Positions 39,707-49,362 of a stretch of 64,000 bases of DNA are shown in pieces. A program made the position numbers and the translations under genes. The stretch is from an uncultured Chloroflexota bacterium. Its GTDB lineage: Bacteria > Chloroflexota > Anaerolineae > Aggregatilineales > Phototrophicaceae. Location of the stretch: assembly GCA_937974245.1 (NCBI GenBank), contig CALJKV010000064.1:23543-87542 (forward strand), given 5' to 3'. Below the pieces are notes generated by a model. The model saw nothing but the letters and a program-made list of their open reading frames with translations, searched no databases and had not been told where the DNA came from. Position 1 is the stretch's first letter. Every line of letters starts with the position of its first letter.

Positions 39707-40869
39707 CCCCACGATTGTTTATCGCTTCCGGCATTTTTCACCCGGAATCGGGCGGCCCGGCGACATATCTCTATGAACTGCTGCCGCAACTCCAACAGCG
39801 AGGCTGGGACATTCAGGCGCTCTCGTATGGTTCTGGCGTGGTGGATGCCTACCCGTACCCACTGCACCGCATCCCGCGCCGGGCGCTTCCGCTGCGCCAG
39901 CTGGATTATGCTATGGCTGCCCGCCCGCTGCTGGCGTGGGCTGATGTAGCATATATCCATACATTAGGGCTGCCGCTAATTGGTCGCCGGGCGCCACGTA
40001 TTCTCAAAATCGTCGGAGATCAGGCCTGGGAGCGTTCGGTGCGTAGAGGTTGGATAGCGCCCACTACTGACATTGACGCATTCCAGACGACCCGCTATGG
40101 TCTGATTGTCAGCACCCAGCAGTCCGCCCGTTCCCGTGAAGTGCGTGGCATGGATGGTGTGGTGGTCCCTAGTGCATACCTCAAGCAGATGGTGGTGGGG
40201 TGGGGCGTTGCGCCGGAAAAAGTGCATGTCATCTATAATGCGCTACCACCGGAAGAGAGAGCGAGAGATTCAAACCCCTTATCCGCAACTACTCAATCTA
40301 CTATTTCGCAGGCTGCTGCCCGCGCCGAATTTGGGTTGGGCGATACGCCTCTACTGCTGACAGCTGCCCGACTGACTCACTGGAAAGGTATCAACCACTT
40401 GATTACCGCTCTCTCACGGCTGCCGGATGCCCATCTGCTGGTGGCGGGGGATGGCGAGATGCGCCCGGCGCTTGAAGCCCAGGCGGGGCGGTTGGGCGTA
40501 GCAGAGAGAGTGACATTCCTGGGGCGTGTGCCGCGTGACCGGATGCCGCTCTATATGAAAGCCGCCGATTACCTGACACTGTATTCCGGCTACGAAGGGT
40601 TATCCCACACATTGCTAGAAAGTCTGCGGGCGGGGACTCCGGTCATCGCCAGCGATAAGGGCGGTAATCCCGAAGTGGTACAACACGGCGTCAACGGCTT
40701 GCTCGTGCCGTATGTGGATGTAGACGCGCTGACCGAGGTACTGCGGGAGGCATTCCAGCCGGGTAAACGGGCGGCACTGGCGGCCAACACCGAGGTGGGT
40801 ATGGAACGTTTCGATTTTGCCACTATGGTCGCGCAGGTGGACGCGCTGCTGCAGGGGTACTTAGCCTGA
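39703..40869 (+). CDS. glycosyltransferase family 4 (GT-B)
   Basis: PESGGPATY near the N-terminus and a C-terminal EGLSHTLLESLRAGTPVIASDKGGNPEVV motif (E-x7-E type). The start is ambiguous: GTG at 39703 overlaps the comEC stop as GTGA, and GTG at 39688 is the alternative. Confidence 0.8.
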   Translation: MTPRLFIASGIFHPESGGPATYLYELLPQLQQRGWDIQALSYGSGVVDAYPYPLHRIPRRALPLRQLDYAMAARPLLAWADVAYIHTLGLPLIGRRAPRILKIVGDQAWERSVRRGWIAPTTDIDAFQTTRYGLIVSTQQSARSREVRGMDGVVVPSAYLKQMVVGWGVAPEKVHVIYNALPPEERARDSNPLSATTQSTISQAAARAEFGLGDTPLLLTAARLTHWKGINHLITALSRLPDAHLLVAGDGEMRPALEAQAGRLGVAERVTFLGRVPRDRMPLYMKAADYLTLYSGYEGLSHTLLESLRAGTPVIASDKGGNPEVVQHGVNGLLVPYVDVDALTEVLREAFQPGKRAALAANTEVGMERFDFATMVAQVDALLQGYLA

Positions 40870-42969
40870 TAGATCGCCGGGTCTCAGTCTTAACAGGAAC
40901 GGGTCATCGGGGTGCGGGTCAGCGTCAGGCACTTCCTGTACTTCGCCGGTGGTGGTGTTATCCGGGAGGTTTTCGTAGAGCGGTTGCGCCCCGGTGACTG
41001 CGACAGAGCGGCTTTGCCCGGTGGCGTGGATATAGGTATGTACCTGAATCGCGTGGTTGGCGTCAATATCAAAGGTAACATCCACCAGTTGTTTGCCAGG
41101 CGCATCTGGCGGAATGCCATCTACCACGAATTGACCTAGCGACGTATTGCCGCTTACGGTTTGCGATTCACCCTGGAGCACATGCAGGCGGGCGTGAGTC
41201 TGCTGATTCGCCATCGTGGTAAACACTTGCGTGCTCCGAAATGGAATGGTGGTGTTTTTCTCCAGAATGACGGCGATTTTGCCTTCAGCGGTTTCTATGC
41301 CCAGGCCATGCCCCATACCATCTAGCAACAGTATGTCTTTGAGCTGACCTTCCAGCACGGCGGCCTGGCGCGCCGCGCCCTGCGCTACAACGGTATCGGG
41401 GTCTACATCGCGCAGCGGCGTTTTCTTGAAGAATGCTGTCACTTTTTCGGTAACTCTGGGGGTGCGGGTTGCCAGGCCGACCAGCGCCAGATGAGTGATT
41501 CGATCAACTGACATTGTCCCTGATATAGAGGAAATGTATAGGGCGTCCTGGCAGCAGGCAATCGTCCTTTCGGTCAGGTGCGCGGTGAGTTCATCAAACT
41601 TCTCTCGTGTGAGTGGGACGCTCAGATGATAGGCACTGCTGCCATCCCCCGCGATAAACGGTACGTCTACACTGGTATGTTTCGCGGTTGAGAGTACTAT
41701 CTTGGCACGTTCGGCGGCCTCTCGCAGCCGCATCTGTGCCACCAGGTCGCCGCTCAGGTCTACGCCGGTCTGTGCATAGAACTCGGCGATACAGTAGTTG
41801 ACGATGGCCTCATCGTAGTCTAGTCCGCCCAGTTGGGTATCCCCGTTAACCGAGCGTACTTCATATACGCCATCTCCGATTTCCAGGATCGAAATATCGA
41901 ATGTGCCGCCGCCTAGATCGTAAACCGCGACCATGCCTTCTTTGATGCCGTAGCCAAAGCAGGCCGCCGTCGGTTCCGCCACGATCCTCAGTACTTCCAA
42001 CCCGGCCAGTTCGGCGGCCTTTGCCAGCACGTCATGCTGTGCTTCGTCAAAATAGGCAGGAGCAGTGAGTACGACGCCACTTACGGTCTCTCCCAGGTAG
42101 GCTTCAGCGTCATCCTTAAGGCTCTTGATGATGTAGGAAGCCAGGAGTGCCGGGTCATATAACTTGCCATCAACCGGCAGTGCTACGTCATAGCCAAACA
42201 GGCGCTTGACTTGCAGCACGCACCGTTCCGGGTATTGCAGCGCGAACTTCATGGCAGCTTCGCCCACCAGGATAGACCCATCCAGGCCGATGCCAACGGC
42301 GGAAGGAGTAGATGGATAACCGAGGCGGTTGTGGATCACAATTGGTTCGCCCTTTTCAAAAACGGCGCATAATGAATTCGTCGTGCCGAAATCCACACCA
42401 AAAAATCTCCCGGATGCCTGAGGAGTGACGTGCTGGTTACGAAGAACAGTCCGCCGCCGCTGTCTCCCGCCAGAGAGCGTTTTCATATAGCTGGCGGCCA
42501 AAGTCTTGCGGTGTTCCGTCCAGGCCATCTGTGCCGGCAGCCCATTGGGATTGGCCGGGGCGGCGTAGGCGTGAGATATCGGAATTAATACCGCGATAGC
42601 GTTCAGGCCGCGCTTGAGCCTGTCTTTTACAGCAGGAGTTGGTCCCCAACTGAAATCGGCGTACTGGTAACGGCTGATGTTATCAGGAATCTGCGTTTCT
42701 CGATCCAGCAGCACTGGAATAATCGGCTTGCTGGCCGTAATCGCCTCGGCAAATTCCCACTGGCACCACTCGGATGCCACTGACTTCGGGGAAAGGGCGT
42801 ACACAAAGGCATCGCACCCGCGTATCTCCTTGAGCAGGATGGCCTTCCAATCCTGGCCGGGGAGCAGTTCCATATCAAACCAGGGCACATGCTGCTCCGA
42901 GCGAAAAATATCAGCCAGAATGTCGATTTTATCGAGGTCGGCATGGGCGTAGCTAATGAAGAGTTTCAT
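40861..42969 (-). CDS. TIR domain - Hsp70 (DnaK-like) fusion protein (702 aa)
   Basis: Residues 1-110 are TIR-like: KLFISYAHAD...GCDAFVYALSPKSVASEWCQWEF...IIPVLL. From about residue 188 there is an Hsp70 nucleotide-binding domain: GVDFGTTNS, VLTAPAYFD, DLGGGTFDISIL, DTQLGG. A beta-sandwich SBD-like part follows: LGIETAEG...TIP...VLQGE...G.F...GIPP...VTFDIDAN. Confidence 0.8.
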   Translation of the reverse strand: MKLFISYAHADLDKIDILADIFRSEQHVPWFDMELLPGQDWKAILLKEIRGCDAFVYALSPKSVASEWCQWEFAEAITASKPIIPVLLDRETQIPDNISRYQYADFSWGPTPAVKDRLKRGLNAIAVLIPISHAYAAPANPNGLPAQMAWTEHRKTLAASYMKTLSGGRQRRRTVLRNQHVTPQASGRFFGVDFGTTNSLCAVFEKGEPIVIHNRLGYPSTPSAVGIGLDGSILVGEAAMKFALQYPERCVLQVKRLFGYDVALPVDGKLYDPALLASYIIKSLKDDAEAYLGETVSGVVLTAPAYFDEAQHDVLAKAAELAGLEVLRIVAEPTAACFGYGIKEGMVAVYDLGGGTFDISILEIGDGVYEVRSVNGDTQLGGLDYDEAIVNYCIAEFYAQTGVDLSGDLVAQMRLREAAERAKIVLSTAKHTSVDVPFIAGDGSSAYHLSVPLTREKFDELTAHLTERTIACCQDALYISSISGTMSVDRITHLALVGLATRTPRVTEKVTAFFKKTPLRDVDPDTVVAQGAARQAAVLEGQLKDILLLDGMGHGLGIETAEGKIAVILEKNTTIPFRSTQVFTTMANQQTHARLHVLQGESQTVSGNTSLGQFVVDGIPPDAPGKQLVDVTFDIDANHAIQVHTYIHATGQSRSVAVTGAQPLYENLPDNTTTGEVQEVPDADPHPDDPFLLRLRPGDLSG

Positions 42970-43029
42970 AACCCACTGTACGCTATTTTCCAGCGATTTT
43001 TACACTATAACGATTCCCATGGGTTTTGT

Positions 43030-43530
43030 CTACCAGCCTTGCGTACCGGGTTCGCCCTTGAACGGGCCAACAATCTCCGATGTGATCCACCCGCCATAGA
43101 AGTTCCCGGCCTGGGGCTGCACCCGCTCATCATCCAGATAACAGGCCTCGACCCGCCCCGGATAAAACGCCACGTAATCTTTGATGGCTTCATATCCGGG
43201 TGATGGGTTGGCATACGTCCAGGCGACATTGGCTGACTTCTGCCCGTTGACCCTCAGTGACCAGTAGTGGGCGACGCCCTTGAACTCGCAATAGCTGGTG
43301 TGTTGGGTGCGGTCCAGCCATTCTATACGAATGTCTTCTGACGGGATGTAATACGCCGGAGGATGGCTGGTTTCCAATATCCGAACGGCGTGGGTTGTTT
43401 CAGCCACAATCTCGCCATTGAAGATGACACGCACACGTCGGGTGGATGGTTCGATTCGCGGTGGGCGCGGGTAATCCCAGACGGATTCCTGGCCGGAGCC
43501 AGGTTGGATGGATCGTATGTTCCAAGACAT
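43030..43530 (-). CDS. DUF427 domain protein
   Basis: FNGEIVAETTHAVRILETSHPPAYYIP...YCEFKGVAHYW...VAFYP matches the DUF427 pattern. Confidence 0.75.
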   Translation of the reverse strand: MSWNIRSIQPGSGQESVWDYPRPPRIEPSTRRVRVIFNGEIVAETTHAVRILETSHPPAYYIPSEDIRIEWLDRTQHTSYCEFKGVAHYWSLRVNGQKSANVAWTYANPSPGYEAIKDYVAFYPGRVEACYLDDERVQPQAGNFYGGWITSEIVGPFKGEPGTQGW

Positions 43531-43579
43531 AGCTAAACCTCATACACTTCAAAAAATGGCAGCTATTGGTCTTTCACGC

Positions 43580-44761
43580 CTATAACAGGCCTTCGGGCAG
43601 GCGTCCAGCTTTGAAGGCTGTTACCTGTGAGGCTGTAAAGGGCGGGTCAAACAACTCGGGCGATTCATGGTAGCAGCGAAACAGGTCAGCGATGTAGTGC
43701 AGCCTATCCGACAGACGCGACCAATCCACCGCGCCCGTATCTCGTGTGCTGTCGGGTGTAGTGTCTATCTGGTCAAGCAGAGCACGCAGGTCAGGCAGTG
43801 TAATCTGCTGGAGTGACGCGGGAAACTCACCCGGCACATCATCCCCCAACCGCAGCAGGATACCGGGAAAACTGATCGTCATCATATACTCGGTAATCAC
43901 CAGATGCGCCCGCCGCCGCGCCTCAATCACGAGTGCATCCAGCACCTGGTCAAATGGATTGGGCCGGCGGAATAGTCGCAGCAAGAACAGCCGAATCCGC
44001 GCCCTCCAGCCCCGATTTGGAAAGAGCGCCTTGACAACCCGCAGCCGGAATGCCTGTTGATCTACGAATGCGGCATCCATTGCTCCCAGGATTTCGGGCT
44101 GCAAGCGAGTTTGCTCATGAAAACCGATCTCGATGTTAGCGAACAACAGCAGTTCTGACTGTGTTTTAGGATCGGTTTCAAATAAGGCTCGGTAGTAACT
44201 GGCGAAAGCCTGCCGGAGATAGTCTTGCCCACTGGGTGGGTCGCCAGGGCGTAGCTGGTCGCAGAAGTGCGCGATTTTTGCGGAGTCAAACGTCGCGTCA
44301 TGCAGACAGACCGCACAGAAACCGGCAAATACACGGGCGATTTCCTCATACACTTTCTTATTGCCACGCCCTACCGCGTCACTGGCGCGATCAAACGCTG
44401 CCAACGGATTCAACACTTCCGCCAGTGTTTCCTGAATCTCATCCTCCGGGAGAGGAGAGCCGAAAGCCCGGGTTGCTTCTGCGGCGTCCGGTAACGATTG
44501 TACTGACGGTGCGGCGCGGAGCAGATTTTCCAGAGTGCGGGCCAGGTCTTCTTTACGGATCGTTTGCCCAGCCTGTTTGGAAGCCCAGGTCGCGAACGTA
44601 CACCAATTAGCCTGGATACCCGTGCGGGCGGCTATGGCTGCGGCCAATTCGTGGTAACACTGGGTGATCTGCAAATTTCGGATTACCGGGTCAGTAATTG
44701 CGGTAATCTGGTCAACTTCGGCAACAGTGGGAACACGGTAAATTTCCGGAAGAGCAGTCAT
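43580..44761 (-). CDS. hypothetical protein (393 aa)
   Basis: Long clean ORF, helical, with an N-terminal motif [13 protein letters not shown]. Family not recognised with confidence. Confidence 0.6.
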   Translation of the reverse strand: MTALPEIYRVPTVAEVDQITAITDPVIRNLQITQCYHELAAAIAARTGIQANWCTFATWASKQAGQTIRKEDLARTLENLLRAAPSVQSLPDAAEATRAFGSPLPEDEIQETLAEVLNPLAAFDRASDAVGRGNKKVYEEIARVFAGFCAVCLHDATFDSAKIAHFCDQLRPGDPPSGQDYLRQAFASYYRALFETDPKTQSELLLFANIEIGFHEQTRLQPEILGAMDAAFVDQQAFRLRVVKALFPNRGWRARIRLFLLRLFRRPNPFDQVLDALVIEARRRAHLVITEYMMTISFPGILLRLGDDVPGEFPASLQQITLPDLRALLDQIDTTPDSTRDTGAVDWSRLSDRLHYIADLFRCYHESPELFDPPFTASQVTAFKAGRLPEGLL

Positions 44762-44803
44762 GATTCGTTCGCTTCCACATCATCTGGTACGGATAGCCGG
44801 GGT

Positions 44804-45355
44804 TTACAACCGGGGTGGCAGCCGCCCGACATTATAGCCGAGGTGTGCCAGCGCTTTAGCCGCCGCTTCTGCGATAGTCGTATCGCCTTCGAAACGCCGG
44901 GCGTGGTCATCCTGTAAGGGGAGCAGGTATTCTACCGCCCGCCTGTCGCCCAGCTGTTCCAGTGCCAGAATCGCACTGCGCCGTACCAGCACATCTTTTG
45001 ACCTCAGTGCCTCGACAATCAGGTCAAAGCGGTCGTGTCCGAGCTTTGTCAGCGCATAGGCGGCCCATACTTTGAGCTGGGGGTTATTTTCTTTGAGTAA
45101 CGGCAGAATGTACGGTACAGCACTGTTATCGCCAATCGCCCCCAGCGCATTCGCCGCCGCCCCACGCACGCCTACATGTTCATCACGCAGGGCATCTATC
45201 AGCGGTTCAATTGCCCGTGAGTCCCCCACCCGTCCCAGCAAGTAGGCGATAAACTGGCGCAGTTGCACATCATCACTTTGCAGTAAGCGTATCGCTCCTT
45301 CGATGTCGGGTGTTCCGTTTTCTGGGGTGTCATTTGGGGGCAGGGGAGTCGTCAT
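44804..45355 (-). CDS. HEAT-repeat (PBS-lyase-type) protein
   Basis: Repeated about 30-aa units: R..AA.ALG.IGD..A...L...L.D....VR. The start overlaps the stop of the upstream gene by 4 nt. Confidence 0.75.
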   Translation of the reverse strand: MTTPLPPNDTPENGTPDIEGAIRLLQSDDVQLRQFIAYLLGRVGDSRAIEPLIDALRDEHVGVRGAAANALGAIGDNSAVPYILPLLKENNPQLKVWAAYALTKLGHDRFDLIVEALRSKDVLVRRSAILALEQLGDRRAVEYLLPLQDDHARRFEGDTTIAEAAAKALAHLGYNVGRLPPRL

Positions 45356-46173
45356 TCGGGGCTATCCCCGTGTCTATTTGTGCTGACCATCGCTCGTAGC
45401 CGCGCCGCCGCCGTCGGTTCAGCCAGCACCTGTTCGCAGATCAACATTGCGTGGACATCCAACGCCAGTATAGTTGCCACATCATCCAGGGTTTTGAGGC
45501 CGTCGGTGACCATCACCCGGATATGGGAGGGGATCATGGCCCGCAGCCGCGCGATGAGGGTCGGGTCGTAGGTGTCGGTATGGGGGTTGTAGCTGCTCAG
45601 GCCGATGACATACGGACTGAGTGATAGGGCGTGCTTGAGTTCATCTTCGTCATGTACCTGGACAATTGCCGTCATTCGGTTGCGGTGTGTAGCGGAAACC
45701 AGTGCCCGAAGCTGTCCTGGTTCGAGTATCGTAGCGGAAAGCAGCAGCGCAGAAACCCCGGCGGCGCGTACTTCGACAATCTGGTATTCATCCAGAATAT
45801 AATCCTCACTGATGACCGGGATGTTTACCGCTCGCGAGACAAGGACGAGATCATCTAGTCCGCCCTCGTAAATTGTCGCATCGGTGAAGAGCGCCACCGC
45901 ATCCAACCCGGCCTGGGCATAACGCAGTGCCAACCCAACCGGGTCGTAGTTTTCTCCCAACCTGTCAGTTTGTGGGAGCTTGTATCTGATTTGCCCAATC
46001 ATCATCACGGGTGAATCCTGGCTGACATTACTCAAGACTGGATGAGGCCGTTTTTGCATACTTGCTAACGCCCGCACCGCCTCAATAGGCGTTTTTGCCA
46101 TCCGTTCCTTTAAGTACTGTCGCTTGGCCGCGATAATTGTTTCGACCTGAGGTTCAAGTTCCTTTGTTGCCAT
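45352..46173 (-). CDS. indole-3-glycerol-phosphate synthase (TrpC)-fold protein with non-canonical active-site positions
   Basis: Collinear with IGPS: ...AKRQ...GLDAVALFTD...GGLDDL...IPVISEDYILDEYQIVE.RAAG..ALLL...AIVQVHDEDEL...IGLSS... The positions aligned to catalytic E/K/K/E/N read Q/R/E/Q/S (by-eye alignment). Confidence 0.6.
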   Translation of the reverse strand: MATKELEPQVETIIAAKRQYLKERMAKTPIEAVRALASMQKRPHPVLSNVSQDSPVMMIGQIRYKLPQTDRLGENYDPVGLALRYAQAGLDAVALFTDATIYEGGLDDLVLVSRAVNIPVISEDYILDEYQIVEVRAAGVSALLLSATILEPGQLRALVSATHRNRMTAIVQVHDEDELKHALSLSPYVIGLSSYNPHTDTYDPTLIARLRAMIPSHIRVMVTDGLKTLDDVATILALDVHAMLICEQVLAEPTAAARLRAMVSTNRHGDSPE

Positions 46174-46526
46174 ACATCGTCCGCAGCCGACCCCTTACCG
46201 GGGAGGGCTGCCGTCCGCTCCTTTACCGTGTTTTGTGTGCAAATGATGGCCTACCACACTATGCTACCACATGCCATCATCCTTAATATGATAACGCGCG
46301 TTTTTTAACCTTTCTTATTCTAATGCTTTTCCCGGCTTTTGTGTGGATTTTTGCGCTGGTATCTGGTTTGTCTTTCGTTTAATTGCGGGTCTTGTGCTAA
46401 ACTAATATCGGTTATTGGGGCTTTCGGGCCGGTGTAATACCCAATTGCAGCCCTTATAATAATGCAGTTGGCCGGATGTGGGCATAAGGCGCATCTCGCT
46501 CCAACCGCGTAATCCTTAAGGATATC

Positions 46527-46853
46527 ATGCAGACCAACCCATTAAAGGATAGACCTATTTTGGAACTCTCACACGACCAGGTACGCGATATTGCCGAACT
46601 CGCAAAATTGGACTTGACTGAGGTTGAGGTGGCATTATACGCCAAACAGCTTTCCCACATTTTGCAGTACTTCGAGCGTTTGCAGGCCCTGGATACATCC
46701 GAGATCGAACCCACTGCTTCGGTACTTCCGCTGAGAAATGTCTTTCGCCTGGATGAGGCCGGTGTGCCACTACCGCCGGAAGCGGTAATCGCCAATGCTG
46801 CCGATACTGAGGATAACCAGTTTCGTGTCAGCGCGGTTCTGGGAGATGCCTGA
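46527..46853 (+). CDS. gatC: Asp/Glu-tRNA amidotransferase subunit C
   Basis: LSHDQVRDIAELAKLDLTEVEV..YAKQLSHILQYFERLQALDTS.IEPT is the typical GatC pattern, and the size (108 aa) fits. Confidence 0.85.
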   Translation: MQTNPLKDRPILELSHDQVRDIAELAKLDLTEVEVALYAKQLSHILQYFERLQALDTSEIEPTASVLPLRNVFRLDEAGVPLPPEAVIANAADTEDNQFRVSAVLGDA

Positions 46854-46912
46854 CCGCTGGACTTGAGCCACATCTTGTTTTCAGTGTATCGTTGTATCTG
46901 ATAGGTGAATTG

Positions 46913-47731
46913 ATGGCAAACAAACGCTTATTGATAATCGAAGATGATTATGATGTCGCCGAAATGCTGGTGATGTACTTTATGTCGCATCAGTATGAAG
47001 TCCACCACGCGGATTCCGGGGAACTGGGCGTGGAGTTGGCGCGGATGAAATTCCCACAGCTTATCCTGCTGGATGTAATGATGCCGGATATTGATGGTTA
47101 CGAAACCTGTTTGCGTATCCGCAATATGGCACTCACCAAATACATTCCGATCATCTTTTTGACTCAGCGTGACGAGCGGGCTAACAAGGTGAAAGGGTTG
47201 GAACTAGGAGCGGACGACTATGTAACCAAGCCGTTTGATATTGACGAGCTGCGCCTGCGGGTGCAAGCCGCCATCCGCCGCGCTACCCGCGAGAGTCTTC
47301 ACGAACCGCGTACTGGCCTGCCCACCGGCCCGCTGGTGCAGGAAGAAATCGCCCGCCATCAACTGGTAGATAAACCGTTTCATCTGGTCAACCTGGGATT
47401 GAACAACTTTTCGGCCTACAGTGACGTGTATGGTTTTGTCGCGGCGAATGAGGTGTTCGGGTTTGCTGCGCATACGATCCAACAAACCCTGGCCCGGCAA
47501 GGTTCGGCCAACGATTTTGTGGGGGTGGTGGACGATCATTTTGTGTTGATAACCTATTCAAGTGATCTTGATAAACTGATTGACACGATCAATGCGCAGT
47601 TTACCGAGGGTGTGAAGCCGTTCTACTCGTTTGCGGATATTGAACGCGGCGGCTTGCTGCTGAACGCGGATACCAGCGAGGAACAGTTTTACACACTTAT
47701 GACGTTGGCACCGCTGGACGCGTTGGTTTAG
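46913..47731 (+). CDS. response regulator: canonical REC domain plus degenerate GGDEF-like output domain
   Basis: REC motifs LLIIEDDYD, LILLDVMMPDIDG, IIFLT and GADDYVTKPF. The output domain is collinear with GGDEF, but the GGDEF position reads VVDDHF and the upstream GD position is altered. Start at ATG 46913 with AGGTG upstream. Confidence 0.75.
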   Translation: MANKRLLIIEDDYDVAEMLVMYFMSHQYEVHHADSGELGVELARMKFPQLILLDVMMPDIDGYETCLRIRNMALTKYIPIIFLTQRDERANKVKGLELGADDYVTKPFDIDELRLRVQAAIRRATRESLHEPRTGLPTGPLVQEEIARHQLVDKPFHLVNLGLNNFSAYSDVYGFVAANEVFGFAAHTIQQTLARQGSANDFVGVVDDHFVLITYSSDLDKLIDTINAQFTEGVKPFYSFADIERGGLLLNADTSEEQFYTLMTLAPLDALV

Positions 47732-47749
47732 CCGGCAAGGACAGCCCGT

Positions 47750-48544
47750 ATGGCAATTCGCAAGCCGCGCCTACTGTTTCATGTGACGATTAGTCGCCGG
47801 TTGTATCTTCGCCATTTTGTTTGGTCGCTGCTGGCGTCCGTTGCGGCGTTGGCGGCCTTCTTCATTCTGGATTCCCCGGCGGGGCGTAGCGTTGCTGATG
47901 CTCAGTTGGGCGACATCGGGCGTGTTGTGAGCCTGATTGGGGCCATGATTTTCGGGCTGCGGGCATTGGTCAACTTGTGGTATGGCCTGCGCCGTGCGAC
48001 GGAAAGCCTGCGTTTTTATGATCGGGGCTTTATTTGGCGGCGAGGACAAGCGGAACATAAATACAAGTGGTCGCACCTGAACAACTACCGGGAGCGTGGC
48101 GGTGGGGTGTATTTGGGCAAAAAGCCGCTGGTTCAGTGGGGTGGCTGCCGCTTCACGATGCTGGATAAGCAGGTTTTTGCTGTAACCGGCAGGTATGGCA
48201 ACCTGCGCGAGTTCAAGCGGATTATCCGCCGTTACCCGGCGCATGTCACCGGGATTCGAATGGGGCAGGCGCTGCGCCAGGAAGAATCCGTTCGGCTGCA
48301 TCCCCGGCTGACGATCTGGCCGGGCGGGATTGAAGTGGGTAAGCACGAGGTTCCCTGGTCGGAAGTCGAAGTGAGCCTCAAACGGGGTCGTCTGGTGATT
48401 TTCCAGAAGAATGCGAAAGGGCAGTTCAAACGGCTGAAGAGTTACCGTGCCAGCCGGGTTGATAACGTAGGCGGTTTCCTGGAAGTTGCCCGCGCCACGA
48501 TCCCAACTCACCAGCGCGGACGGTTTTCCAAACGTAAATCATAG
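47750..48544 (+). CDS. membrane protein, hypothetical (2 TM plus basic soluble domain)
   Basis: Two TM helices near the N-terminus followed by an Arg/Lys-rich domain. Starts 18 nt after the response-regulator gene. Confidence 0.55.
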   Translation: MAIRKPRLLFHVTISRRLYLRHFVWSLLASVAALAAFFILDSPAGRSVADAQLGDIGRVVSLIGAMIFGLRALVNLWYGLRRATESLRFYDRGFIWRRGQAEHKYKWSHLNNYRERGGGVYLGKKPLVQWGGCRFTMLDKQVFAVTGRYGNLREFKRIIRRYPAHVTGIRMGQALRQEESVRLHPRLTIWPGGIEVGKHEVPWSEVEVSLKRGRLVIFQKNAKGQFKRLKSYRASRVDNVGGFLEVARATIPTHQRGRFSKRKS

Positions 48545-48722
48545 TTAGATTATTACCTGTAGGATTTATGATAATATACTGTAAAGTTAATAGTTATAGT
48601 GTGGTGTTTTGATATTACTTGCTGTAAGTTGTTCCTTTCCCCGCGTAACCAGGTCGGATTGTGCGGAAACGTCTCTGAAAAGCCGCGTCGAAACTGGTAT
48701 GGTTTGGGCGGAAAATTAGCCG

Positions 48723-48751
48723 TAGACACACGTAGCCGATATTGGTATACT
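48723..48751 (+). promoter_or_regulatory. sigma-70-like promoter candidate upstream of rpmJ
   Basis: TAGACA, a 17-nt spacer, then TATACT, located 37 nt upstream of the rpmJ ATG. Confidence 0.3.
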
Positions 48752-48787
48752 ATTCACTCTTAGGCAAAACATAAGGGTAATTTAATC

Positions 48788-48901
48788 ATGCGTGTTTCAG
48801 CATCTGTCAAACCACGCTGCCCGAAATGTCGTGTCATTAAGCGGCATGGGCGCGTGATGGTCATCTGTGAAAACCCGAAACACAAACAGCGTCAGGGCTA
48901 A
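48788..48901 (+). CDS. rpmJ: 50S ribosomal protein L36
   Basis: Not in the ORF track (37 aa). My translation is [37 protein letters not shown], the classic L36 zinc-ribbon sequence. Confidence 0.9.
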   Translation: MRVSASVKPRCPKCRVIKRHGRVMVICENPKHKQRQG

Positions 48902-48922
48902 TGCGGCACCTGGAGGATATTC

Positions 48923-49309
48923 ATGGCGCGTATTGAAGGGGTAGATTTACCCCGTGACAAACGAGTAGAAGTGGCTCTGACCTACATCTATGGTATTGGT
49001 CGCTCGACAAGCCGGAAAATACTGGATGTATCGGGGGTAAACCCGGATACCCGTGTACGCAATCTCTCGGAAGATGAAGTGCAGCGTCTGCGTGACGCGA
49101 TTGGCGCTTATACGACCGAAGGTGATTTGCGCCGGACGATTCAGTTAAATATCAAACGGCTTTCGGAAATCGGCAGTTACCGGGGACTGCGGCATCGTCG
49201 CAGTTTGCCGGCTCGCGGTCAGCGCACCCGTACCAATGCACGTACCCGGCGCGGCCCGCGTAAGACGGTGCCAGGGCGTGGCCGTCGGCGCGGCGCGACC
49301 AAGAAGTAG
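48923..49309 (+). CDS. rpsM: 30S ribosomal protein S13
   Basis: [26 protein letters not shown]...[23 protein letters not shown]. Confidence 0.95.
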   Translation: MARIEGVDLPRDKRVEVALTYIYGIGRSTSRKILDVSGVNPDTRVRNLSEDEVQRLRDAIGAYTTEGDLRRTIQLNIKRLSEIGSYRGLRHRRSLPARGQRTRTNARTRRGPRKTVPGRGRRRGATKK

Positions 49310-49362
49310 TGTCGTCCGCCAACAGGCATTGTGGGTTAATCGTATAGTTTCGTACTGAGGAT

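Noticed and set aside
46174-46526. A hairpin (GCAGCC..CCCC TTAC CGGGG..GGCTGC at about 46191-46219) just upstream of the TrpC-like start was considered as a riboswitch or T-box-like leader.
   Set aside because: There is only a single stem-loop, and I could find no T-box specifier/antiterminator or known riboswitch core. It is more likely a simple 5-prime UTR structure.
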